This document shows, one piece after another, positions 1-8,491 of a DNA stretch of 64,000 nucleotides (within the stretch, counting starts at the first letter, position 1; the number at the start of each line of letters is the position of its first letter). The notes beneath the pieces are model-generated. The model did no database searches. It was not told the origin of the DNA and saw only the letters and a list, made by a program, of their open reading frames with translations. This stretch comes from Nitrospirota bacterium (GTDB taxonomy: Bacteria; Nitrospirota; Thermodesulfovibrionia; Thermodesulfovibrionales; UBA1546). The translations under genes and the position numbers were made by a program. The stretch is taken from assembly GCA_016195565.1 (NCBI GenBank), contig JACPZK010000004.1:4003-68002 (forward strand). Direction: 5' to 3'.

Positions 1-169
1 CGGCATAGGCGTTGTTGTATCCCCCCAATCCGCCATATTTACCGGAATTTTCCATCCATCCAAGCGCATCCATAAAGCCTATCCAGTCAGTGCGGCTCAC
101 ATTGTTGTTAATGAGCACATTATTATCCGTGTAAAAATTTTGTGTTTTGCTCCAAATAATATCGCCCAT
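1..169 (-). CDS. partial ORF (first 56 codons; continues past window start), unknown function
   Basis: ATG at 169-167 preceded by GGAG (180-177). Open to the window edge (MGDIIWSKTQNFYTDNN...). Starts 2 nt after the stop of 172..1095. Confidence 0.3.
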   Translation of the reverse strand, partial: MGDIIWSKTQNFYTDNNVLINNNVSRTDWIGFMDALGWMENSGKYGGLGGYNNAYA

Positions 170-171
170 GA

Positions 172-1095
172 TTATTCTCCTCCTTTAGTAAGTTCTGTTA
201 GATTGCATTGATTGTTAAGAAAAAAGTTTTTGCCGTCAGTGGTCAAAAATAATGGCCCCATCCAATATGGCAGTTCGCATTTTTTCTGGGTTGGCGGGAA
301 ACTCCAGTGTCCAAAAGTATCATCTCCCTCACGCACCCATAACGGTCTCATTGCGAAATACTTGCTGCCGTATGAATAAATAATTCCACCGCCATAAAAG
401 TAATCTTCTATTCCGTCGAAATTTGCATCAATTATAGCGTCAACTCTACCCCATAACAACTCCGGTGGAAACTTTGTGAGTGCTTTTAGCTTTCTTAAAA
501 TCTTAGATGCTTCTTCCTCGCTATACATTTTATCCAGCGACTTACCCTCGGCAATCCACATCCTCTGGTTGTCAGGATAAGGAATGCAGACATTTAACCT
601 GTTGTCAGCCAAAGTAAAACTATATCCTCGTGTAAAAGAAATGAAATCAAAATCCAACTCCTTGTGATTATCATACCGAATGGTCAGATAAATATCCCTC
701 GGAGCCACTTTTCCTTTTTTGATGATTTCAAATACTTTTTCTATCCCAATGCGCTCGGCACCTTCAAACACTGACAGATCGTAATCAAATCGTGGAAGGG
801 ATTTATCAATATGTATAAGAGCAAACGCCTCCCGTTCGTCTTTCTTTCCATTCTTGTAAAGATCATATCGGCTGTATCCAATCTTCTTTTCCTTATCTAT
901 CCACTCCACCTTCAAAAAGGCATCGCACATAGGGAATTTCTCTTTCAGTGCCTTGGGCGGGTTTTCCATAAACCCAATATTCTTGAAGACCAGTTTGGCG
1001 TTACTTTCACCTGCCTCTGCGGAGAAAGACTTTGCTGCTGCCATTGTAACGCTCAACATCAAAAGCATTATTCCTAAAATAAATTTATTATGCAT
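172..1095 (-). CDS. exported protein of unknown function
   Basis: 307-aa ORF with an N-terminal signal peptide (MHNKFILGIMLLMLSVTMAAA). I recognise no family. Confidence 0.55.
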   Translation of the reverse strand: MHNKFILGIMLLMLSVTMAAAKSFSAEAGESNAKLVFKNIGFMENPPKALKEKFPMCDAFLKVEWIDKEKKIGYSRYDLYKNGKKDEREAFALIHIDKSLPRFDYDLSVFEGAERIGIEKVFEIIKKGKVAPRDIYLTIRYDNHKELDFDFISFTRGYSFTLADNRLNVCIPYPDNQRMWIAEGKSLDKMYSEEEASKILRKLKALTKFPPELLWGRVDAIIDANFDGIEDYFYGGGIIYSYGSKYFAMRPLWVREGDDTFGHWSFPPTQKKCELPYWMGPLFLTTDGKNFFLNNQCNLTELTKGGE

Positions 1096-1178
1096 AGACT
1101 GTCCTCCTTATTTTCCATTTTGGCTTCATGCTTCATTATGATTTTCCCCCGTTTTATACCACATCTCTTTTATAAATA

Positions 1179-1213
1179 TCACCTGTCATTTTTGACAGGT
1201 CGCCTCAGGCGAC
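1179..1213. repeat. palindromic element ACCTGTCA-TTTT-TGACAGGT plus adjacent hairpin GTCGCC-TCA-GGCGAC
   Basis: Read directly. The same CCTGTCA..TGACAGG core recurs at 1328-1352, 54185-54202 and 57591-57612. Confidence 0.8.
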
Positions 1214-1327
1214 TCGCCGAGGAGAGTATCTTAAGCTGCCATTTTGAATGTTTCATAACCTTTTGCCTCTCGCCTATAGCCTCTTGCCTGTTACCTTTCG
1301 CCGTATTGAACCACATTTCTCTTTATT

Positions 1328-1352
1328 CCTGTCACCTCTCAAAAATGACAGG
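1328..1352. repeat. CCTGTCA-N11-TGACAGG hairpin, same family as 1181-1200
   Basis: Arms at 1328-1334 and 1346-1352 are perfect complements. Confidence 0.75.
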
Positions 1353-1409
1353 GGAGGTCTGGCATAGTTTTTGACTTGTTTTGCTCATACCTTGTGCTAT
1401 AATGTTTTT

Positions 1410-1643
1410 ATGAATACAACAGTTAGCGAAATAGACCATATCAAAGAAATGCTTCCTGTGCTTCCTGAAACAGCCCTGCACGAACTCAGGACATTTGTTG
1501 ACTATCTTGCCGATAGGGAACGGAGGCGTAAGGAACTGGTTGAGCGGGTATTGAAAGCGGAAAAGAGCCCTGAGACGATAAGATGCGCTACTCCTGATGA
1601 ATTTATTCAGGCCATTATGAGCGCTGATAATGTGGAAAATTGA
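1410..1643 (+). CDS. putative antitoxin of a type II TA pair
   Basis: Small ORF overlapping the downstream RelE-like toxin by 14 nt. I prefer the ATG at 1410 (MNTTVSEIDH...) over the TTG at 1371. TATAAT at 1398-1403 lies only 6 nt upstream, so the transcript may be leaderless. Confidence 0.5.
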   Translation: MNTTVSEIDHIKEMLPVLPETALHELRTFVDYLADRERRRKELVERVLKAEKSPETIRCATPDEFIQAIMSADNVEN

Positions 1644-1830
1644 TCCCGACAAGACTTTTCTGCGGCGCGCCAACAATCCTTTTGACCCAACGCTGCATAC
1701 ACATGCCCTCACAGGAGAACTCAAAGGCAAGTACGCCTGTTCGCTAACCCATGAGTTAAGGGTTGTATTTAAGCTACATGACGACATTGTTCATCTCCTT
1801 GATATCGGCACCCATGATGAAGTATATTAA
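1630..1830 (+). CDS. RelE/ParE-superfamily toxin, unusually short (66 aa)
   Basis: C-terminal motif HALTGELKGKYACSLTHELRVVFKLHDDIVHLLDIGTHDEVY is typical of the RelE/YafQ/YoeB-like toxin fold. It parallels the second toxin at 46107..46388. Confidence 0.65.
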   Translation: MWKIDPDKTFLRRANNPFDPTLHTHALTGELKGKYACSLTHELRVVFKLHDDIVHLLDIGTHDEVY

Positions 1831-1836
1831 TCTCTT

Positions 1837-2208
1837 ATGAAATATCAATCTATTATGTTATACAGGAAGTGGTATTTCCTGTTTTTCATACTTTGCTTGT
1901 ACGGATGCGCATCTCCAATATACGTTAAAGATCATGCCAGGAACTGGATAGCAAGGCCGTTATCAGAACTTAAACAGGCAATGAAGAGTCCTGATTCGTA
2001 TGCTTCAAAGAGCGGGTGGAAAGAAACTACTTACCAGCTTGCCAATGGGAATTCTGTGTATATCGAGCCTTTTAGCGAGGATTGTTTTATACACTGGGAA
2101 ATAAGTCCGAGAGGTACAATTATTCGCTACCGTGCCGTAGGAAGCGGTTGTGCGCAGGAGTCGAGACCTGACAGTTTCATACGGACGGTTACGCCTCCCC
2201 CACAGTAG
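1837..2208 (+). CDS. small lipoprotein, unknown function
   Basis: Signal peptide with lipobox (FILCLYGC|ASP). Confidence 0.5.
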   Translation: MKYQSIMLYRKWYFLFFILCLYGCASPIYVKDHARNWIARPLSELKQAMKSPDSYASKSGWKETTYQLANGNSVYIEPFSEDCFIHWEISPRGTIIRYRAVGSGCAQESRPDSFIRTVTPPPQ

Positions 2209-2209
2209 T

Positions 2210-2234
2210 AAAGCAAAAAATATTTCTGCTTTTT
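2210..2234. terminator. possible bidirectional hairpin between convergent genes
   Basis: AAAGCA (2210-2215) pairs with TGCTTT (2227-2232), followed by TT. The stem is short, so this is weak. Confidence 0.3.
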
Positions 2235-2241
2235 CGTGCTT

Positions 2242-5034
2242 CTATTTAATAGCATTTGATGCGGTTTGTATATACGGGCAGTAGGCGCGTTCGTGGCAGT
2301 TTCTGCAGGTCTGTTCATTCAATGGAAGGGCCGTAAAATCTCCTTTTCTTAAATCCGAAACTGTTTCTTCGAGATACTTGAGGCAGGTCTCTATGTAATC
2401 ATCCATTGTGTTGCTATCTTTTTTCCCGGGCACCCAGGTGATTTTGGTGTCTTTGACAGAGTATATGCCTGCGCGGTTTACTTTGAATCCGAGGGATTTC
2501 ATCAAAGCCGCATAAAGGAACAACTGAAGGCTTGCGCCTTTATTCACAATCTCTGTCCTGCTGAGCTGTGCTGCGCCTGTTTTGTAGTCAATGAGTTCAA
2601 CTTCATTTTCATTGTTTTCTGAACTTTCAACTTTCAACTTTTCACTTTTCACTTTTTTATCTATTCTGTCTATCTTCCCTCTGAGCTTTATATTTTTTAG
2701 GACCTCTCCTTCGACGGGAGCTTCAGCCTTCATAAACGAATATCCCTCGTCTCTGAGTTCGCTTTCAATCTCATAGATTTCAGGAAGGATGGAAAGGAAT
2801 GAATCCCTTATGAAATTTTTCCAGTAGTTTTCAAGAGGTTTTTCATCAAGCAGTTTTCCAAGGATTTTTTCTGCCTCTGCCTTCATCTCATCAAGGCCTG
2901 CAAAGGGTTTTGCCATTAACTCCGCCATGATTTCATGGATTATTGTGCCGAGAAGCATTGCCTCAATCTCATATTCTTTTGTTTCTGAAGGTTCAAGCCT
3001 GAGAATCTTTTCTATGAAGAATTTCCTGTGGCAGGCCCTGTATGAATCTATGTCTGTAACCCGTATCTTTGAGTTTTCGCCGAACTGTTTTTTTATCAGC
3101 CTGCTTTTGACGCCTATCTCTTTTATATGTGTTGAGAGTGGAATCTCCGTATTTCTCAGGAGTTCTTCTTCCCTGCACAGGATTCCAGGTATCTTCTCTG
3201 CGGCCTCAGCTTTCCACGGCAGGAAAGGCGAGGGCAGGAAAAGCCTGTCCGCCTCCATTGCAGGATAGGAGAGGTGGAGGTTTTTTGACGGCAGCGCTGC
3301 TGTCAGCCGCCGGAATATAAACTGCTGAAGGTTCAGGTATTGCTTCATATTAACAAGGCCTAATTTTGTCTTAACATTGTCAGGCAAAAGAAGGTCTATC
3401 TCAGGCATGGAAGGCAAATCTCCGTCTTTCAGTCCCCCGAGGTATAGATATTCAGGCTCTGCGCCGCGCAGTTCAAAGAAACCTGAAACCTGCACGCCTT
3501 CTCCTTCCGCCTCTTTCTCTGAAGTATTCAGGATATATCTGAGGCTGTCAATGAATTCCCGCAAACCGCCTCTGCCGACATCTGTAAGCATGAGATTGTC
3601 TATGAGGGACAGCTCTTTCAAATCTTTTAGAGGTTCTGAGACCTGTTCTTTGGTGTCTGCATCTTCTGTATCAGAGAAATCCAACTCTGAAAGAAGTTTG
3701 TGGAGAGCTTCTGATATCTGCTTGAAGGTCCCTCTGTCTTTCAGGGATTCAAGGGGGTTGAGTTTTTTAAATACCCACTTAAACTCTTTCTCAATCTCAG
3801 GGAGAACATCTCTTAGTGCAGGGCTCTTAACATTCGACAATGTTTTTGATAAGCCCAGCCATGAGTTTTTGCCTTTGATTATCCCTGAGTAAAGCGATAT
3901 CTGCGGAATCCATTCCCTGAATATGGCCGACATCTTCTTGAAATGCGGGGATGTAAGGAACCGCGAAAATGGAAGCCTTGGATAGTCGTCTGCGACTGAT
4001 TCAAGCATTGCTGTGAGGGCAAGGTAAGGCTCTGTCTTTCCTAATGGTTTTGAGATGGAGAACATGCAGGGGATGCCGTATCTCTTGAATACCCTCTGTA
4101 CAATGTCATGATAAACATGCAGTTTGGGAAATGCGAGAATTATTTTATCTAAAGACCTGCACCTGCCTGATATGAACAGGTTTTTGATGTGCCGTGCAAT
4201 GCCCTCAACCTCTTCGTCTATTCCCGGATATGAGACATATGACAGCCTTTTTTCTGATGACGGCAGGGGAATGGCCGCCTCAGAGCCGGAAGAGTGTGTT
4301 TCAATGCTAAAGTTATTCTTGATAAAATCGTCAAAACTATTTGTTATTGAAGTAAAATTATCATCATGTGGAATTGAGATAAGAGTTGTCTCCGTCTGCT
4401 CAATCAGGCTCTTCAGGATAAGCTCTTCTGAGGGTGTGATCTCGTAAAATCCGTCAAGAATAAGGATGGCAGGGCAGTAATTATAACCGCTTATAATAGC
4501 AGGGCACTCTGCCATGACATCGTTTTCATCAATGAGATCCTGCGCAGCCAGCGTTTCCTGATATTTCCTGAAGATTTCAATTGTCTCCATTGCCCTTTTT
4601 GAGCCTTCTTCAGGGACGTTGAGTTCTTCAAACACGCTTTTGAGTTCTTTGTTAATGACCTCAATGTCTTTGCAAGGGAAATACTGCTTTATCTCATCAA
4701 TAAAGCTGCTTATGATTGAGGAGAAGCCAAGGCCTTTGCCTGAAAGCCTTGAGATGATGATGGGTATAATTGATCCGGATAGCGGGGTTTTATTTCCATG
4801 GAGAGAGTAGAGTTTCTTTGAGAGCTGTTTTATCGTCATCATCTCAGGCGGGATGTAAGTGTTTTTTGTCAGCTTATGAAAAATCCTCTGGCTCTCTCTT
4901 ATTTTCCACGGGGTAGGGGAGAGGCAGAGGATTCCGGAATAATCATTGCCCTTTGTTTTTGAGAGGGCTGTTTTCAGCAGGTCTTCTGTAAAGCCTCTTC
5001 TGCTAAAAGGGACATAAAAAACCTTCACCTGCAT
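2242..5034 (-). CDS. AddB/RexB-like PD-(D/E)XK nuclease family protein with C-terminal Fe-S Cys motif
   Basis: 930 aa. Nuclease motifs GKIDRID ... LIDYKTG. Four-Cys pattern (SYRAC ... CRNCHERAYC, i.e. C..CX2CX5C) as in AddB/Cas4-type nucleases. No Walker A at the N-terminus. No addA partner is adjacent. Confidence 0.65.
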   Translation of the reverse strand: MQVKVFYVPFSRRGFTEDLLKTALSKTKGNDYSGILCLSPTPWKIRESQRIFHKLTKNTYIPPEMMTIKQLSKKLYSLHGNKTPLSGSIIPIIISRLSGKGLGFSSIISSFIDEIKQYFPCKDIEVINKELKSVFEELNVPEEGSKRAMETIEIFRKYQETLAAQDLIDENDVMAECPAIISGYNYCPAILILDGFYEITPSEELILKSLIEQTETTLISIPHDDNFTSITNSFDDFIKNNFSIETHSSGSEAAIPLPSSEKRLSYVSYPGIDEEVEGIARHIKNLFISGRCRSLDKIILAFPKLHVYHDIVQRVFKRYGIPCMFSISKPLGKTEPYLALTAMLESVADDYPRLPFSRFLTSPHFKKMSAIFREWIPQISLYSGIIKGKNSWLGLSKTLSNVKSPALRDVLPEIEKEFKWVFKKLNPLESLKDRGTFKQISEALHKLLSELDFSDTEDADTKEQVSEPLKDLKELSLIDNLMLTDVGRGGLREFIDSLRYILNTSEKEAEGEGVQVSGFFELRGAEPEYLYLGGLKDGDLPSMPEIDLLLPDNVKTKLGLVNMKQYLNLQQFIFRRLTAALPSKNLHLSYPAMEADRLFLPSPFLPWKAEAAEKIPGILCREEELLRNTEIPLSTHIKEIGVKSRLIKKQFGENSKIRVTDIDSYRACHRKFFIEKILRLEPSETKEYEIEAMLLGTIIHEIMAELMAKPFAGLDEMKAEAEKILGKLLDEKPLENYWKNFIRDSFLSILPEIYEIESELRDEGYSFMKAEAPVEGEVLKNIKLRGKIDRIDKKVKSEKLKVESSENNENEVELIDYKTGAAQLSRTEIVNKGASLQLFLYAALMKSLGFKVNRAGIYSVKDTKITWVPGKKDSNTMDDYIETCLKYLEETVSDLRKGDFTALPLNEQTCRNCHERAYCPYIQTASNAIK
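2621..2657. repeat. AAAGT-unit dispersed repeat, in frame inside the AddB-like gene
   Basis: Plus strand reads gaactttcaactttcaacttttcacttttcactttttt. In gene orientation it encodes KVKSEKLKVESSE, between the IDRID and DYK nuclease motifs. Confidence 0.85.
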
Positions 5035-6275
5035 TACGTTCTGTATTCTGCGTTGACTCTTATATATTCCTCTGTCAGGTCGCAGGTAAGCACCTTTGCA
5101 GAGGCAGCGCCTTTGTTCAGGTTTATCAGTATGCTGACTTCGCTGTTGTTTTTCAGATAACTATTCGCATCTGCGTCTTTTCCTGCGCCTGTGCCTTTAT
5201 TTACCACCTTGATATTTCCTAAATGAATGTCTACGTTTTCGTCATTGAATTTTATGCCTGAATATCCGAGCGCAGCCATAATCCGTCCCCAGTTTGCATC
5301 ATTTCCGTAAACTGCTGTCTTTACGAGATTGGAATTTGCAACAGAGAATGCAGCCTTTTCCGCCTCTTTCTCATTATCTGCGCCTTCAACCTCTATCGTG
5401 ATTAATTTTGTGGCTCCTTCTCCGTCTTTAACGATAAGCCTTGAAAGTTCGTATGTAATATCATCAAGGGCCTTTTTAAAGATTTTATAGGATGCAGAGT
5501 TCTCTTTGATTTCAGAATTGCCCAGCATTCCGTTAGCCATTATCAGCGCCGTGTCATTTGTGGACATATCGCCGTCTATTGTTATCCTGTTAAATGATTT
5601 CCTCACAGAATCTTTTAGAGCCTTGCTTAGCGCTCTTTTTTCTACCGAGATATCAGTCATGATGAAACATAGCATTGTTGCCATATTCGGGGCTATCATG
5701 CCGGCGCCCTTGCATATGCCTGCAATGGTTCCTGTCCTGTTTTTGATTTTTATCTTTTTTGTGATAACCTTCGGAAATGTGTCTGTTGTCATTATTGCGG
5801 ATGCGGCGTCACGAAGAGTGTGCCTGCCAAGATTGGCTGTGAGCATGGGAATTACCGCTTTTATCTTTTCCATGGGCATCGGTGTTCCGATGACGCCTGT
5901 TGAACAGACATAGACGAGGGAAGGTTTTATCTTCAGGTTTTTTGCCGTGAGCGACGCTGTCTCAGCGGCATCCTTTATTCCTTTTCTGCCTGAGCAGGCA
6001 TTTGCATTTCAGCTGTTTACGATGATTGCCTGTCCCCTTCCTGATTTAATCCTTTCCATGTCAAGTTTTACCGGAGCTGCCTTTACCCTGTTTGTTGTAA
6101 AGGCCCCTGCGACGTTTGCCTCTGTCTTCGAATAGATTAGTGCGATGTCTTTTCTGCCCGGCTTTTTGATTGCGGCTTCTCCGGCGGAGAACAGAAAACC
6201 TTCTGGGATATGTGTCTTGTCTTTATTCTTTAGCATTGCACCTATTTTATCATATTTATAATGCATTAAAGACAT
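5034..6275 (-). pseudogene. argJ: argJ (glutamate N-acetyltransferase / amino-acid acetyltransferase) interrupted by one in-frame TGA
   Basis: ORFs 6009..6275 and 5034..5879 are in the same frame (1242 nt in total). Reading through gives ...IIVNS*NANACSGRKGIKDAAE..., where the stop (6009-6011) replaces the Gly of the conserved ArgJ motif VNSGNANACTG. Downstream ArgJ motifs (ATMLCFIMTD, NDTALIMANG) are intact. Confidence 0.8.
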
Positions 6276-6328
6276 TTCATTTCCATAAGTATGTTTTTTA
6301 TAATCATGATTGTGTAAGATAATATCTG

Positions 6329-7558
6329 ATGAGAGAAAATTCGGGATGGATAAAAATGTTTTCCGTGATTAAGGATAAAATCACCACCGGGTTCTCCGTA
6401 TTCTGGCACTCAGTTAAATCTTTTATTAAAAACGATAATTCTTCTGCGGCTGCCTCGCTTGCTTATTACTCGCTTTTCGCGTTGATTCCGCTGCTGCTCT
6501 TGCTGTTTTTTGCTCTCAGTTTCTTTATAACATCCTCCAAGGCTATTATGCAAAAGCTTACCATACTCATCAGCCAGTTTATTCCTTATTACAGCGAGAC
6601 CATACTTAATGAGGTTTACACACTGGCAAGGCATAAGGGCATGTGGAAGATAATAAGCCTGGTGGCGCTTCTGTGGATGTTAATGCCGCTGATGAGCGCT
6701 CTGAGAACTGTATTTTATAATATTTTTAAGGTTGAAAAAAGACCGTCTTTTTTGAAGACTAATATTCTGGATCTCAGCGTAATACTGCTTACATTGTCTC
6801 TTCTTGTTGTTGTCAGTTTCTCAAATGTGGCGTTTAAGAGATTTCTTGTTCTTGGCGGCAGCACACTCCCTTACGATATTGCATCTTACCTCCTTACTGC
6901 TGCTGTAATATCAATATTTTACCTTGTTTTCATACCCGTAAGGGTTCCATTCTCATATATATTTGCGGGCTCAGTGCTTACAACATTGCTGTGGGGGATA
7001 ATCAGGCCGTTATTCGGTCTTCTGCTTACGTATAACCCTCAGTACGGTATCACCTTCGGCTCATTAAAGGCGCTGTTTATCATTATTATATGGATATATT
7101 ACTCGTTCAGCGTGCTTCTCTTCGGAACAGAACTAATCGCCAATCTAAGGAGAAAAGACGTTCTGCTGCTGCGCGGGCTGTTTTATGAAACACAGACTGA
7201 CAGGAGAACACAAAAGCTTAAAAGAAAGTTCGGGCGGGATTATAAAGCAGGAGAGATTATATTTGAGGAAGGAGAAAAAGGCAGCGAGATGTTTTATATT
7301 CTCTCCGGCAGTGTGAGGCTGATTAAAAAAGAGCAGACGCTGAGAATTATGCGGAAGGGTGAATACTTCGGAGAGATGGCGCTATTAATCGGGACCTCGA
7401 GGACGACAAGCGCACGGGCAGAGGAGGACAACACTTCTCTTGCCGTTATAACCCCTGAGAACTTTGAAATGCTTCTAAGGGAAGAGCCGAAGATAGCGAT
7501 TTCATTTTTAAAGGAACTTGCTCACAGGCTTAAGAAGACAAATGAAATTCTGCAGTAA
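6329..7558 (+). CDS. YihY/BrkB-family membrane protein fused to a C-terminal cyclic-nucleotide-binding domain
   Basis: Multi-TM N-terminal region typical of YihY/BrkB. The C-terminal ~120 aa carry a cNMP-binding signature (EGEKGSEMFYILSGSV...GEYFGEMALL). The start may instead be the internal ATG near 6356. Confidence 0.65.
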   Translation: MRENSGWIKMFSVIKDKITTGFSVFWHSVKSFIKNDNSSAAASLAYYSLFALIPLLLLLFFALSFFITSSKAIMQKLTILISQFIPYYSETILNEVYTLARHKGMWKIISLVALLWMLMPLMSALRTVFYNIFKVEKRPSFLKTNILDLSVILLTLSLLVVVSFSNVAFKRFLVLGGSTLPYDIASYLLTAAVISIFYLVFIPVRVPFSYIFAGSVLTTLLWGIIRPLFGLLLTYNPQYGITFGSLKALFIIIIWIYYSFSVLLFGTELIANLRRKDVLLLRGLFYETQTDRRTQKLKRKFGRDYKAGEIIFEEGEKGSEMFYILSGSVRLIKKEQTLRIMRKGEYFGEMALLIGTSRTTSARAEEDNTSLAVITPENFEMLLREEPKIAISFLKELAHRLKKTNEILQ

Positions 7559-7637
7559 CTCCTTGATGAAAATATATTTGATTTTCTGTATCATAAGGCT
7601 TGCCATTAGACAACAGGACGGAGGAAAAGGGGCGTAG

Positions 7638-8345
7638 ATGGAATTAAACTCTTCCGCAGGAAAAGACAAAAGCGCACTGATAGAAAGACTTCTCAAAGAG
7701 CTTCCTGTTTTTAAAAGCCTTTCGAATAATTATCTGAGCCGTATTGCAAAGGATTTCATTGTCTTTCAGGCCAAAAAGGGTGAAACGGTATTTTATCAGT
7801 CTGACAGCAGCACAGACCTTTACATAGTTCTTGACGGCGCAGTAAGGGCATCGCTACTAAATCAGGAGGGGCAGGAGCTTGTTCTTGCGACCTTTGATAA
7901 GGGGGACTTTTTCGGCGAGATGAGCCTTCTTGACGGAAAACCGAGGTCTGCCACGATGATAGCAGTGGAGGACTCGGCGCTCGGAATGCTGAAGAGGGAG
8001 AGGTTTCTTTCTGCGGTCAAAAACGACCCCATGATTGCCATTGACCTTCTCTCCGCTGTAGTGCAGAGGCTGAGAATGGCAGACGGTATGATAGAATCCT
8101 TAGCGTTTCTGGATGTCAGCCAGAGACTGATGAAATTGCTTCTGCAGATAGCAAAGGCAGAAGGCGAAAAAGACAAGAGCGGCTTTTTCAGGATAAAAAA
8201 GCTCACCCACAAGGAGCTTGCAGCCCGCACAGGCGCATCAAGAGAGGCCATATCCAAGGTTATAAAAGTGCTTGCTTTCAAGGATGTTGTGAGAGAAGAA
8301 GGGGATTGCTTGCTTATCTCTCCTGAAGCAGAAAGCGGGATGTAA
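7638..8345 (+). CDS. Crp/Fnr-family transcriptional regulator
   Basis: cNMP-binding domain (GDFFGEMSLLDGKPRSAT) plus a C-terminal HTH (THKELAARTGASREAISKVIKVL). Confidence 0.85.
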   Translation: MELNSSAGKDKSALIERLLKELPVFKSLSNNYLSRIAKDFIVFQAKKGETVFYQSDSSTDLYIVLDGAVRASLLNQEGQELVLATFDKGDFFGEMSLLDGKPRSATMIAVEDSALGMLKRERFLSAVKNDPMIAIDLLSAVVQRLRMADGMIESLAFLDVSQRLMKLLLQIAKAEGEKDKSGFFRIKKLTHKELAARTGASREAISKVIKVLAFKDVVREEGDCLLISPEAESGM

Positions 8346-8350
8346 AAATG

Positions 8351-8409
8351 GTGAATTTTCACTTGACAGCGCAGCCTTATACCTTTACACTTTGATATAT
8401 AGTGTAAAG
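8351..8409 (+). promoter_or_regulatory. candidate promoter/operator upstream of the exported-protein block
   Basis: Palindrome GTGAA-TT-TTCAC (8351-8362). TTGACA (8363-8368), 17-nt spacer, TACACT (8386-8391). 9-bp inverted repeat CTTTACACT/AGTGTAAAG (8383-8391 / 8401-8409) overlaps the -10. Confidence 0.35.
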
Positions 8410-8491
8410 ATGTCTTCCGGTCTCATTTTAATGGGTTAAGTTCTAAATTCTTGCAAAGATAAATAAAGTAAAAACAGGGAGGTATCGTCGA

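Noticed and set aside
6009-6011. TGA in argJ as selenocysteine or as genetic-code-25-style Gly recoding
   Set aside because: The position is a structural Gly in ArgJ, not a redox residue, and I see no SECIS-like hairpin downstream. TGA clearly terminates other well-supported genes in this window, so recoding is not the parsimonious reading. It remains checkable genome-wide.
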